Shown piece after piece: positions 10,731-20,308 of a stretch of 56,698 nucleotides of DNA; position 1 is the stretch's first letter; every line of letters begins with the position of its first letter. The stretch comes from Andalucia godoyi And28. Lineage: Eukaryota; Protista; Jakobida. Below the pieces are notes generated by a model. That model had not been told where the DNA came from. It saw only the letters and a program-made list of their open reading frames with translations, and ran no database searches. The translations under genes were made by a program, and so were the position numbers. The stretch spans positions 366,628 to 423,325 of the forward strand of contig VRVR01000007.1 of the NCBI GenBank assembly GCA_009859145.1, given 5' to 3'.

Positions 10731-11025
10731 CCCCCCTCCCCCCTTCCCCCTCTCCCCTCTACACACCCAGTAAAGACAAAGGAAAGAGAAGAGCACAACC
10801 TCAGACGATTAACGTGAAATTTCTCCTGTAGTTGAAAATCCAGCCCACGACGCGCATTGCTTCCTCGGTCAATGCCTGTTTCTTTGCTCGCAATTTCTTT
10901 TTCATGTTGGCTTTTTAAATTTAAAATTTTGCTTTTTGTTTGATTATCGTTTGTTGCAGGTTTTTGTTTTTTGTTTTCTTCTTCTTCATTTTCGATTCTA
11001 AGTGTCCGTGTGAGGAAGAGAAAGT

Positions 11026-11763
11026 ATGCTGCCGATATCGCTGATGCGAGCGGCATGTGGCGCAACCGTCCATGTCGAGCTGAAATCCGGAGAGTCTGTT
11101 CGCGGTCTTCTGGTATCGTGCGACAATCTGCTGAACCTTGCGCTTCAGGATGCAGTCTGCGCGAACCGAGATGGATCCCAGCTCTTCCGTCTTCCGCAGT
11201 GCTATCTCCGCGGTGCAGCTCTTAAAGCAGTTCGTGTTCCCGACAACACGATCAAAATCGCGCTTGACAAGGAAGCCCATTTCGCGCAAATGCGTTCGTC
11301 AAGTCAATCCAGTTACAACACCAGCAGCAACAGCAAGAATTTCCCCTCTTCTTCTTCTTCGTCGTCGTCGTCATCCACAACTACTGCTTCTAGAGAACAT
11401 AATAACGGCCGAGGTGGGTTCCGTGGGGGTCGTGGAGGTAGCTCTCAGCGTGGCAGTCGTGGAGGATATGCTGGCGCAGTCCAGTCTGGTAACTCGAAAG
11501 AAGGCGCAGATGTGGGCGCCGAGAGGAAGGACGACGCGAACGCTTCGCAATCGCAGCAGCATGCGAGGGGATCGAGTCGAGGCGGCGGTCGAGGCGGCTT
11601 CAGCCGCGGAGGTGCTCCTTTGAATAACCGCGGCTCTCAGCTCAGTCAGAGCGGTGGCTATCACCGCGGTGGTCGAGGAGGTTCACCCTCGGCTCCGTCT
11701 CCATCTCCATCTCCGTCTCCATCTCCCGCTCCCGCTCCGTCTGCAGTGCCAAAGTCTCAATAA
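11026..11763 (+). CDS. LSM4: U6 snRNA-associated Sm-like protein LSm4 with RGG-rich tail
   Basis: MLPISLM...VELKSGE...GLLVSCDN..N..L..AVC..RDG...FRLPQCYLRG..LK.VRVPD, followed by RGG boxes. Confidence 0.92.
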   Translation: MLPISLMRAACGATVHVELKSGESVRGLLVSCDNLLNLALQDAVCANRDGSQLFRLPQCYLRGAALKAVRVPDNTIKIALDKEAHFAQMRSSSQSSYNTSSNSKNFPSSSSSSSSSSTTTASREHNNGRGGFRGGRGGSSQRGSRGGYAGAVQSGNSKEGADVGAERKDDANASQSQQHARGSSRGGGRGGFSRGGAPLNNRGSQLSQSGGYHRGGRGGSPSAPSPSPSPSPSPAPAPSAVPKSQ

Positions 11764-12178
11764 AGATTTCATGTACCACTCGCTCCTTGTTCCACACACT
11801 CTTGTGTACTAACATCCATCATGTCACGTCATGTTTAGCACAACTGTAACATTTTTTTTCGTGGTTCCACTGCGTCGACATCCATCTGGGTCTTCTTCTG
11901 TCCCGGCAAACTTCGAGTTCATTTGCATGAGACATGGCGGCACTCCAGTCTCCTCCGCCTTCCCAAGAGTTCCACAACCCCACGTTCCAAGTCCGAACTT
12001 CCGGCCACGCCACCAACAAACAGCTAGGCGAGCCCACCGCGCAGACCTCGATACTCACCATTCCTGGAGCACAGCCGGTTTTTTTGTCTTTTTTTTTTTT
12101 TGCTTTTGCGTTTTGTTTTGGCTTTCTATGAGGTGCGACGACCAAGCGTATTCAATCGTCTGGAAGGAGTAGTGCAGT

Positions 12179-14080
12179 ATGGACATGGGCAACCGTTCAC
12201 ACAAGAAGCAATCCAATTCTGACGTTTATTCTTTGCATGATCAACGCGAAGGATGGGGAACTCGGACAGTGCAAGAGTACCATGAAGCATGCAAAGTTCT
12301 CAGCCACGGACGGCACCATGAACGGGCGATATTTCCTTCTCGTGAAGACGAACAGCAGGTATCGCAAGGAAGGGTCCACTGTGAACCTGTGCGCTCCTTT
12401 CGTCCAGATATCGCCGTGAGCGTCAGCCCGCGTTTCCACCAGTTGTGCAAACAGGCGTTCGGACTGACCACTCGAAGTGCTCGCGACGGGTCATCAGGCC
12501 CTTCATGGTGGCGAGCCTATCCTTCATCGGGAGGCTTGCATCCACTGGAATCCTACTGGGTCTTTCCGGCTTCAGAGGTTCACGTGACAAGCTTCGTCTT
12601 ACCGTCCAGTGTCGTCGCATGCATGGTTCACTATGATCCTGTTCGCGACGTGTTCAGTTTATGCGCCAGTTTTTCTCACAAGGACGGACAACGCGGCAGG
12701 TTGGAAACTGCTGATTGGCTGTCAACTTTCGCAATCTGCTTGTTGACAATCGTTCCTTTTCGCATGACGGCAAAGTATCGCATCCGAACATTCCGGTACT
12801 ACGCGCTGGACACCGGCCACATGCTGTGCTCCCTTGCAGTTTCCGCGTTTCTCAATGCGCAAAAATGGGAGATGGTGGACGATGCGAATCCGATGTTCCA
12901 GTTTGCTTTGCGTGCCTTTTCGCGGGTGTTCCCGAGCACTGATTTGTCGTCGTCGGTACTGGAGTGGGAGCGAGATCGACTGGCTGCTGTTCTTGTTCAC
13001 AAGCTGGTGGCGACGAGCAGACAGCATGTGGATCGATGGGGCGTGGGTGGAGGAGAAGCAACAGTCCCAGTTGCAGGCGCGGCGCAAGAAGAATTTTACG
13101 AGGCCGTACATTCCCGTCCTATGCTGCTGCATCATTTTCACTTCTCGTACCAGCTTGTGGAAGCTCTCAACGACGAAGTGTTCTCGCGGGTTGGGTCGCG
13201 TGCCCGAGACTCTTTGCAGGGACTCTTGTTTACTCTGAACCACCGTCTGTTTTGCTTGGCTGGACGCTCAAAAGAGAGGCTTCAGTGGGCCGTCAACCAC
13301 CGACGAACGGCCCGCCAGATTGATCCCGCAACGTCCACAATGGACATGCAAACGTTCCGAAGAATCGTTTCCGTTTTTGCGGTTCCAGCACGGGCCGACT
13401 CGATCGCTTGTCCTTGCGCTTGCTACTCCAGCGTTGTGATCATGGTGCATCGAGTTGCAGGACTTTCGAGTGGAATCTACATCATTCCGAGGTTTCAAAA
13501 CGGCGTTACGCGAGAGCGATTTCGTACATTCCGGAAATTGCTTGCGAGAAAGTGCCCGTTGTGGGAGACAGTCCCAGAGTGCTCGCTTGATTCCTTGAAC
13601 CTCTCGGAGATTGACGACGGCAACGACGAGGGCGGAGGCAGGGGCGGCGTGCAGATACGATCCAGCTATGAGTTCGAGTTGATTCGGCTCGTCGACGGAG
13701 ATTGCCGGGACCTCTCGTTTGCATGCGTTGGTGAGCAAGAACATGGATGGAACGGTGCATTCTGCTTGTTTTTCATAACGGATCTGAGCGTCTGTCTTCC
13801 TGAACCAAGCGATTTCACAGACAGTGCAGGTACTGTCCACGGATCATCCCAGGTCTTCTATACCCATCCGCACTGGGAATGCGGTGCGGTGGGCCATGGT
13901 GTTTATCTTGCTTCGGAGCTGTGTGGATACAGGGCCAATGCAATGGGATACTATCATGATGAATTGGTACACTCGTCGCTCGGACTTCAAAACTCGGCGT
14001 TTCAATGTCTGTACACCATGGCGGTGGGCCGGTCGACCGCCGATGCCGAAGCTCGGTTCGCAGAATCATCTTTATTGTGA
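12179..14080 (+). CDS. SagB/ThcOx-type nitroreductase-fold flavoprotein with two domains
   Basis: RAYPSSGGLHPLESY; AKYRIRTFRYYALDTGH; second domain HRRTARQ...HWECGAVGHGVYLASE...GYYHDELVHSSLGL...QCLYTMAVG. Confidence 0.85.
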   Translation: MDMGNRSHKKQSNSDVYSLHDQREGWGTRTVQEYHEACKVLSHGRHHERAIFPSREDEQQVSQGRVHCEPVRSFRPDIAVSVSPRFHQLCKQAFGLTTRSARDGSSGPSWWRAYPSSGGLHPLESYWVFPASEVHVTSFVLPSSVVACMVHYDPVRDVFSLCASFSHKDGQRGRLETADWLSTFAICLLTIVPFRMTAKYRIRTFRYYALDTGHMLCSLAVSAFLNAQKWEMVDDANPMFQFALRAFSRVFPSTDLSSSVLEWERDRLAAVLVHKLVATSRQHVDRWGVGGGEATVPVAGAAQEEFYEAVHSRPMLLHHFHFSYQLVEALNDEVFSRVGSRARDSLQGLLFTLNHRLFCLAGRSKERLQWAVNHRRTARQIDPATSTMDMQTFRRIVSVFAVPARADSIACPCACYSSVVIMVHRVAGLSSGIYIIPRFQNGVTRERFRTFRKLLARKCPLWETVPECSLDSLNLSEIDDGNDEGGGRGGVQIRSSYEFELIRLVDGDCRDLSFACVGEQEHGWNGAFCLFFITDLSVCLPEPSDFTDSAGTVHGSSQVFYTHPHWECGAVGHGVYLASELCGYRANAMGYYHDELVHSSLGLQNSAFQCLYTMAVGRSTADAEARFAESSLL

Positions 14081-14288
14081 TTTCTTTAAAAGCAATACAA
14101 TGCATATATATGTACATTTGTTTAATTACTATGAGTGCCGTCATCAGCAGCGGCCGCACCAGCATTGTCAGTGGAAGATGCTAGTCTCCTTGAGGTGAGG
14201 AAGCAAGCGCCGTGAGCAATCTGTGAAATGCTGCACCCTGCCCAGTGTCTGTAGGCACTGCAGTATCGAGTGGACCGATGCTGCTGCC

Positions 14289-14336
14289 GTGCTGTCGTGC
14301 TGTCGTGCTGTCGTGCTGTCGTGCTGTCGTGCTGTC
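14289..14336. repeat. (GTGCTGTC)x6 tandem repeat
   Basis: Six perfect 8-mers read directly. Confidence 0.95.
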
Positions 14337-15473
14337 GCGATCAGTAATGCTGCCGATCTTCCTGTGCTGGTCCACGCACACCAGAGTTCCTCTGCATTTC
14401 GCGTCGTGTAGGGAGCGGGCAATTCGTGATGGCACCCTTGACTAGCGAAACCTGCGCGCTGCTTGGATGCCCGTGCGTTTCTGTCCAAAATGCCCACCAG
14501 AGCTGGTACAGATCCGGATTGCTGCTCATACCGTCGGGCAAACAGGAAGTTGCCGTCCTTGTATGATCGCGTAATGCCATCGCGAACTGGTAATGTCGGT
14601 TTGATCGTCTTTGCTTACCGGGCTGCTTGCACACCGCTTCCTTGAAGGAACTTTACGTGTCGTGAATCACCACTCCATCTTGAAGATCGGTGCTGCGACA
14701 TCCTTCCAAAGAAAGCAAGTCTGCACTTTCACCTCCTTACGATGCCATCACGCGAGAATTCTCCATCCAGACGTTGCACAAGCAGTCCGGACTTCCCTCC
14801 AGAATTTGGCAGGTCTACTCAATTGAAGATGAACGGAAAAACCATCGCGAGACCGATTCGACGGCCTCCTCCCCTGGTTTTCTGCCCTTTCCCGTTCATC
14901 GTCACATCGCCTTTCTGTTTGTATAGTCATCGTCGTCTTCTTCTTCTTCCTTGGTTTTTTTTTTTTTTGCTTTTTCCTCTTTCCTCTTTCCCTTCCTTCT
15001 TCTCTTCTTGTTCGTTTTTGTTACTTAATTGCCATATCTTGTTGCTTGTTGTTGTCGTTGTTGGATCACTTTCTTGTTTTTCCGATCCACCTCTCTCGGC
15101 TTCGTATTCCTCTGTGCAGCTCTTCCGTTGTCTTTTGTTGACCATCTTCTTCTTTTGCACAGCCCAGCTCTACGCAAACGCAAAACGCAGCACCGAATCC
15201 GAAACGTCTCGTTTTTTTGTCTTTTTTTGAGCCCTCTCGATCGCAAAAAACCCCTGTTTTCAAGACGAAACACAAATCCACATTGTTGTCTTTTTTGTCA
15301 TCATAGCTGTTGTTGAAGAAGAAAAGTTGTAGTCAGGAGCCGTAGGACGACGCATTCAGCAATAGTGTTCATAATCGATTATTATTATCATTATTTATTT
15401 TTTTTTGGAGGGGGACGTTGTCACAGTAGTCGTTAGCACAACAGCGGGAAATAGTAGAAATTAAGGAAACGAG

Positions 15474-18257
15474 ATGCCTAATCAACCAGTTGTTTCACCG
15501 TCTCCCACGAGCGGTTCTGGAGATCCGCACAAGCCGCATGTGTTAGTAGTCGATGACGATCCAACTGTTCTTTCGACGATTTCGAGAATGCTGAACCACA
15601 TTGGATATGAAGTCCACGCAACCGCCTCAGGGTCGGATGCAGCCCGGATGCTCTCGGATCTCCCGAGAATCGATGCAGCGCTTCTGGATGTTTTTATGCC
15701 TGGAATGGGGGGTCTGGAGCTTCTGCGCATCATGCGATCGGCGCGAAGAAGAGATCTTTCAGTGCTGATGATGAGTTCTTCGGAAGATCCAGAAACGGTC
15801 CGTCAGTGCTTCCGTGGCGGTGCCGAAGACTTTCTGCAAAAGCCGATCTCCAGAGAAACCCTGCAGCGCCGTCTTTCGTCTGCATTGGCAGAAAGAGATG
15901 CAAAGCGCAGAGAAAAATCGGAGCAGCGAAGAGCGTCCGACGATCACGGAACTCCGGGCTCGTTGGTTTCCGGCGCCGGATCCTTCCACAACAATAGCAG
16001 CAGCAGCATGCTCAACAGCAATAACAGCAACATTACAGGGGGCAATGCCAATAGTAGCAGTGGGTCTGGGATGATGGATTCTTCGGAAAGTGGGAGAGAT
16101 GATCTCAAGTCGGGCCTCTTTGCATCCACTTTGGCTGCGGTGGAGGCTGCGGTGGAGATGGAAACGCCGCTGCAGGGAGTCATGCAGTACTTGTTGGAAG
16201 TGCTGCTCGACGAAGGTGCAAATGCAGAGGACTATCGCAGAACCATCATTGCCGCACTCAAATCGCTGTCGGAAACAGACTTGTACAAACCGACAATCAC
16301 CAGGTTCTTGCAGGAAGTGCAGGACCGCAGAACGCAGGAAGGGGCGATCGATGCGCACATTGCAGACTGGATTCTGTACGAGTTTACGCATGAACAGGAT
16401 GCATCTGCCTCCGGTCGGCGCACATCGCTTGCTCCTCAGGCTCGTGGAAATGCCTCCAAATTCCAAAATGGCGGATCGGCCAGCAGTGAAAAACCAATTG
16501 CAGGCGGTGCCGGGATTGTAGCGTCGAGAAGTGCGTCGATTTCTGGTTCAGGAATTCCACCCGTTTCATCTCCCATTACTCCGTCGTCTGGATCCATGAG
16601 TTCAGCCGGAGTGTCGGGTCCTGGAACGCCAACGACAATGCAGGCACCTGGTGCGGGGCTGACAAGCCCCAATTCGATGAATACAGCGACAACGGTGAAT
16701 TCCGTCTCTGTCTTTTCGTATGGGCCGAGCAAGACGGCTTCAAACTCCAACAATGCCGTCCCTTCTCCTAGCAATTCACCACTCATCTCAAACAACGGAC
16801 TGCCTCCCGGTTTTTCAGTCGACGAGATTTTGTCTTGTGCACCAGGAGATGTAACGTCGTTTGGATACGATGTTCTTGCTCTGACGGACACGCAGTTGAT
16901 TGCGGGAGTTGTGGAAATGTTCCGTCATTTGGGATTGCTGGAGAAATTTTCAATCCCTCCTGCTAAGCTGGCGCTGCTTGTGGGGCGTCTGAAGGGGCTC
17001 TACCACCAGAATCCATATCACAACTTCCACCACGCCATGGACGTAACCCAGTTTGTTTTTTCCGTGTTGGCAAATGCTGACAACAAGTTGACCTCGGTTC
17101 TGGGCTCTCTCGACCAGCTAGCGCTTCTTGTGTCTGCGTTGTTCCACGACGCAGATCATCCTGGAGTGAACAATAATTTCCAGATCAACTCCAGATCTCG
17201 CCTGGCGCTGTTGTATAATGATATTTCTGTGTTAGAGAACCACCACTGCGCGCTTGCGTTTTCGATGCTGAGCGACGAAGCTGTAGACATTCTTACTGGC
17301 TTGGACCCTGCAGACTGGCGAGAATGCCGCAAGTTGGTGGTTTCCTGCATCCTTGCAACGGATATGTCTCGGCATTTTGAACTGATGTCCAGGTTTCGCA
17401 CGCGGCTGTCGGCTGCGCAACTGGGAACGGATTCCAAGGACGACAAGAACTTGTTGATGAATGTAATTCTCAAATGCGCCGACATCTCCAACGTTGTTCG
17501 TCCATTCCGAGTTTATGAAAAGTGGGTTCGCTGTCTCACTGCAGAGTTCTTCAACCAGGGTGACGCCGAAAAGACGCTGCACATTCCTGTTTCGCCTCTC
17601 ATGGATCGCGACACGACGTCCATTCCCGAGATGCAGTTCAATTTCATCGAATTTGTTGCTGGTCCGTTGCATCGGGCACTGGCGCAGGAGATTCCGCAGC
17701 TCAAGGAGGTGATCCAAAACATGGAGTTTAACCGCGAGGTTTTTAGACACCGCATTCAAGACCCAAACTTTGGTCCCGAGGATCTTTTGAAGAAGCAGCG
17801 CCAAGATGCAGAGCTGCTTCAGCAGCAGCTTTTGCAACACCAGCAGCAACTGTTGGCTCAGCAGCAAGAGCAGGCCCATCTGAATGAACTGATTGAGCCG
17901 ATTTCCGCCGAGCCAATTGTCAACATGGAGTTGGCTTTGGACCTCTGTGACTCGGACGAGGAACTCCTGAAGGAAATGCTGGGAGATCTGTTGGATCGAG
18001 GCGAGGCACACATTCGCAAAGCTGAAGACGCCTTCCAACGGGATGATTGGGAAGTGTTACATCGCGAGGCTCACACTTTGAAGGGCTCCGCCGCGACTCT
18101 TGCATGCCATCCTCTTCGGGATGCTGCAGACATTGTCAGCCGTGCTGCAAGGGAAAAGAAATCCGCGGAAATCCCTCGTTCGCTGCTCATTCTCAAGAGC
18201 GAGTTTGAGCGATTCAAGAAGCATACCACGAACGTGTTGCACATCGAAAAGCGGTGA
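15474..18257 (+). CDS. Receiver (REC) - class I 3',5'-cyclic nucleotide phosphodiesterase - HPt fusion protein, 927 aa
   Basis: REC: VLVVDDD, LLD72VFMPGMGG, MMSS, LQK123P. PDE: YHNFHHAMD, FHDADHPG, LENHH, LATDMSRH, KCADISN, EFFNQGD.EK, QFNFI. HPt: LHREAH867TLKGSAATLA. Confidence 0.95.
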   Translation: MPNQPVVSPSPTSGSGDPHKPHVLVVDDDPTVLSTISRMLNHIGYEVHATASGSDAARMLSDLPRIDAALLDVFMPGMGGLELLRIMRSARRRDLSVLMMSSSEDPETVRQCFRGGAEDFLQKPISRETLQRRLSSALAERDAKRREKSEQRRASDDHGTPGSLVSGAGSFHNNSSSSMLNSNNSNITGGNANSSSGSGMMDSSESGRDDLKSGLFASTLAAVEAAVEMETPLQGVMQYLLEVLLDEGANAEDYRRTIIAALKSLSETDLYKPTITRFLQEVQDRRTQEGAIDAHIADWILYEFTHEQDASASGRRTSLAPQARGNASKFQNGGSASSEKPIAGGAGIVASRSASISGSGIPPVSSPITPSSGSMSSAGVSGPGTPTTMQAPGAGLTSPNSMNTATTVNSVSVFSYGPSKTASNSNNAVPSPSNSPLISNNGLPPGFSVDEILSCAPGDVTSFGYDVLALTDTQLIAGVVEMFRHLGLLEKFSIPPAKLALLVGRLKGLYHQNPYHNFHHAMDVTQFVFSVLANADNKLTSVLGSLDQLALLVSALFHDADHPGVNNNFQINSRSRLALLYNDISVLENHHCALAFSMLSDEAVDILTGLDPADWRECRKLVVSCILATDMSRHFELMSRFRTRLSAAQLGTDSKDDKNLLMNVILKCADISNVVRPFRVYEKWVRCLTAEFFNQGDAEKTLHIPVSPLMDRDTTSIPEMQFNFIEFVAGPLHRALAQEIPQLKEVIQNMEFNREVFRHRIQDPNFGPEDLLKKQRQDAELLQQQLLQHQQQLLAQQQEQAHLNELIEPISAEPIVNMELALDLCDSDEELLKEMLGDLLDRGEAHIRKAEDAFQRDDWEVLHREAHTLKGSAATLACHPLRDAADIVSRAAREKKSAEIPRSLLILKSEFERFKKHTTNVLHIEKR

Positions 18258-18694
18258 CCATTGGCGGATGCTTGATCGCGTGTCCCTTTCATTTCCGTGT
18301 GCTTTGCCTTTTACCTTTTTTTTTCTCTTGCCTTTCCGATTTTTTGCTGTTTAGATATATACGTCGGTACTGTCCAAAATTAGTCCATGCTTACTTCTCT
18401 TTCAAATTTGCATCCACCCTTCCCAAATCTATCGTTCATTTTCCCATCGTATTGGGATTTCGCCTCCCTTTTATTTCTTGTAACAATACATCTGCAAAGA
18501 ATAGTGAAAACATCATCATATCCAGAAGGGAAACATCTTCCCCTCGTCGTTATTCTGCATTGCATACTGGCGAATCAGCTAAAACAAAAGACTGTCTTTG
18601 GTATTTTTTTTCTTTCTTTTTTTCTTCTTTCTTCTTCTTCTTTGTTTGTTTGGGTTTTAGAAACTCGGGAGAAAGAAAAAAACCAACCGACGAA

Positions 18695-19930
18695 TCAAAA
18701 CGACAAGTCGGTCTTCTTTTTTTCCTCCATGACACGTTTGCCCACCTCGGAAACGAACTTGTCAAAGAACTGCACAGCGCTTCGCATGCTGGTCTTTTCA
18801 GCATCTCGGCATCGCTGCGAGCCATCTCCATCATCATCGCCATTGTCGTCGTCAGCGACGTCCGCTGCAGCCCCTCCATTCACATTGTTTCCGCGGCGTT
18901 TAGCCTGGAATGCATCCAGTTCCATTGCAAGCTGTTCAATCGTAGGAACAACAGCAGGCTCGAACTGATCCACCGTGCTCGGATCCAGCGGAACACAAAC
19001 CTTTCCCGTTTTGGGATGCACAGAAAACGGGGATTTGAGCAGATGATTGAAGCCTTTTGAAACGTGCACATCAAGCCTGGGAAACGTGTACGTGAATACA
19101 AAGTCAGCAGCCACGCTGGGCTTTACCGAGTTTGCAAAAGTCTTCCATCGCTGCGTTCCCGACGACTGCGTCTCGAACTTGGAATGGAGCGTGGCGGCAA
19201 GTTCCTTGTCCTCGATCTTCTCCAGAGCCTTTCTCCACCGAGACGCATCATCAAACCACCCTTGGCTCTCCACCAGAGTCGGGAAAAACGGGAGCATGAT
19301 CTCTTCATACACGCTTCTGTGCGCGGGATGCAGGAATTGCGGTCGGAATTGGGCCTTGTCGCGAACATTTAGGAAGTCGGCGACAGCGGATCTGCCGTCG
19401 ATTGACAGACTGCGGGCAGCAGGATCGCAGACCCAACAATGGATACCTCTTCTCCCCGAAAATATCCACAATCGACTGTCAAACCCAAACGACTGGTCCA
19501 GAATCTGATCCACCACTCGGCATGCAACCACCATGAAACCCCAGCACTTTGAGCAAACCTGAGCCTCTTTGCAGCACGTGCGCACATCATCATAATCCGT
19601 CATATCAATGTCGAACACGAGTTCCTTCTCCCGCGGCACAAACTCCCCGCGGCCAACACTGTTGTGATCTTTCGGCGCAAAAGAGAACTCTGCACCGATA
19701 TCGATCTTCGACGGACATCGGTCCCGAACAGCCGCCGCCCAGTCCTCGCAGTTTTGGAACGACTGGTACCGAACATAAATATCTTCTCCAAACGTAAACG
19801 AAAACTCTCGGTTCGGAAAAGGACGACTTTGGAACAGAGATAGCCATTTGTACATTGATTCGAACGGAAAGAACCGATCGTAATAAATCTTTAAATACGG
19901 ATTCACTTCCTCTATCGTTCGCTTCGACAT
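18695..19930 (-). CDS. PRIM1: DNA primase small (catalytic) subunit
   Basis: REFSF, KIDIG, KELVFDIDMTDYDDVRTCC, FSGRRGIHCWV, PRLD...NHLLKSPFSVHPKTG. Likely ATG at 19930 (MSKRTIEE). Confidence 0.97.
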   Translation of the reverse strand: MSKRTIEEVNPYLKIYYDRFFPFESMYKWLSLFQSRPFPNREFSFTFGEDIYVRYQSFQNCEDWAAAVRDRCPSKIDIGAEFSFAPKDHNSVGRGEFVPREKELVFDIDMTDYDDVRTCCKEAQVCSKCWGFMVVACRVVDQILDQSFGFDSRLWIFSGRRGIHCWVCDPAARSLSIDGRSAVADFLNVRDKAQFRPQFLHPAHRSVYEEIMLPFFPTLVESQGWFDDASRWRKALEKIEDKELAATLHSKFETQSSGTQRWKTFANSVKPSVAADFVFTYTFPRLDVHVSKGFNHLLKSPFSVHPKTGKVCVPLDPSTVDQFEPAVVPTIEQLAMELDAFQAKRRGNNVNGGAAADVADDDNGDDDGDGSQRCRDAEKTSMRSAVQFFDKFVSEVGKRVMEEKKKTDLSF

Positions 19931-20308
19931 TCTCTCGGCGGGAAAAAGAAACAAACGAAAACAAACGAAAACAAGCTTTGGCAAAAGCAGCAAATATAAA
20001 AATACAGATTTCCAAACTTCAAACTTCAAATTTCAAATTTCAAATTTCAAAATTTAATGAAAAATGAAAAAATAAAGAATGATAATGAAACCAAAAGGAA
20101 AATAAATAAATAAATGATAAACACGGTCGCCGGCTTTGTGTATCAACGTTGAACATCAATACAACACGATTTTCTTACCGTAGTCAAGTCTAGTATTTCA
20201 TTCTTCGGATTTGGGCGCCCAGCAGTTTTCTTTTTTTTTTTGCAGAGGACAGCTGTTCAGACATATACACTCAACACCAGGTGCGCGGGGAAACTAAGAA
20301 AAGAGAAT

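Noticed and set aside
11820-12070. Small spliced minus-strand gene (ATG|GTGAGT donor, LFVGG after a 35-nt intron)
   Set aside because: The product would be about 35 aa with no further RRM features; insufficient support.
14341-14880. Stop-codon reassignment suggested by in-frame TAG/TAA in a minus-strand frame
   Set aside because: TAA, TAG and TGA each terminate well-conserved genes in this window, and no conserved gene contains internal stops.
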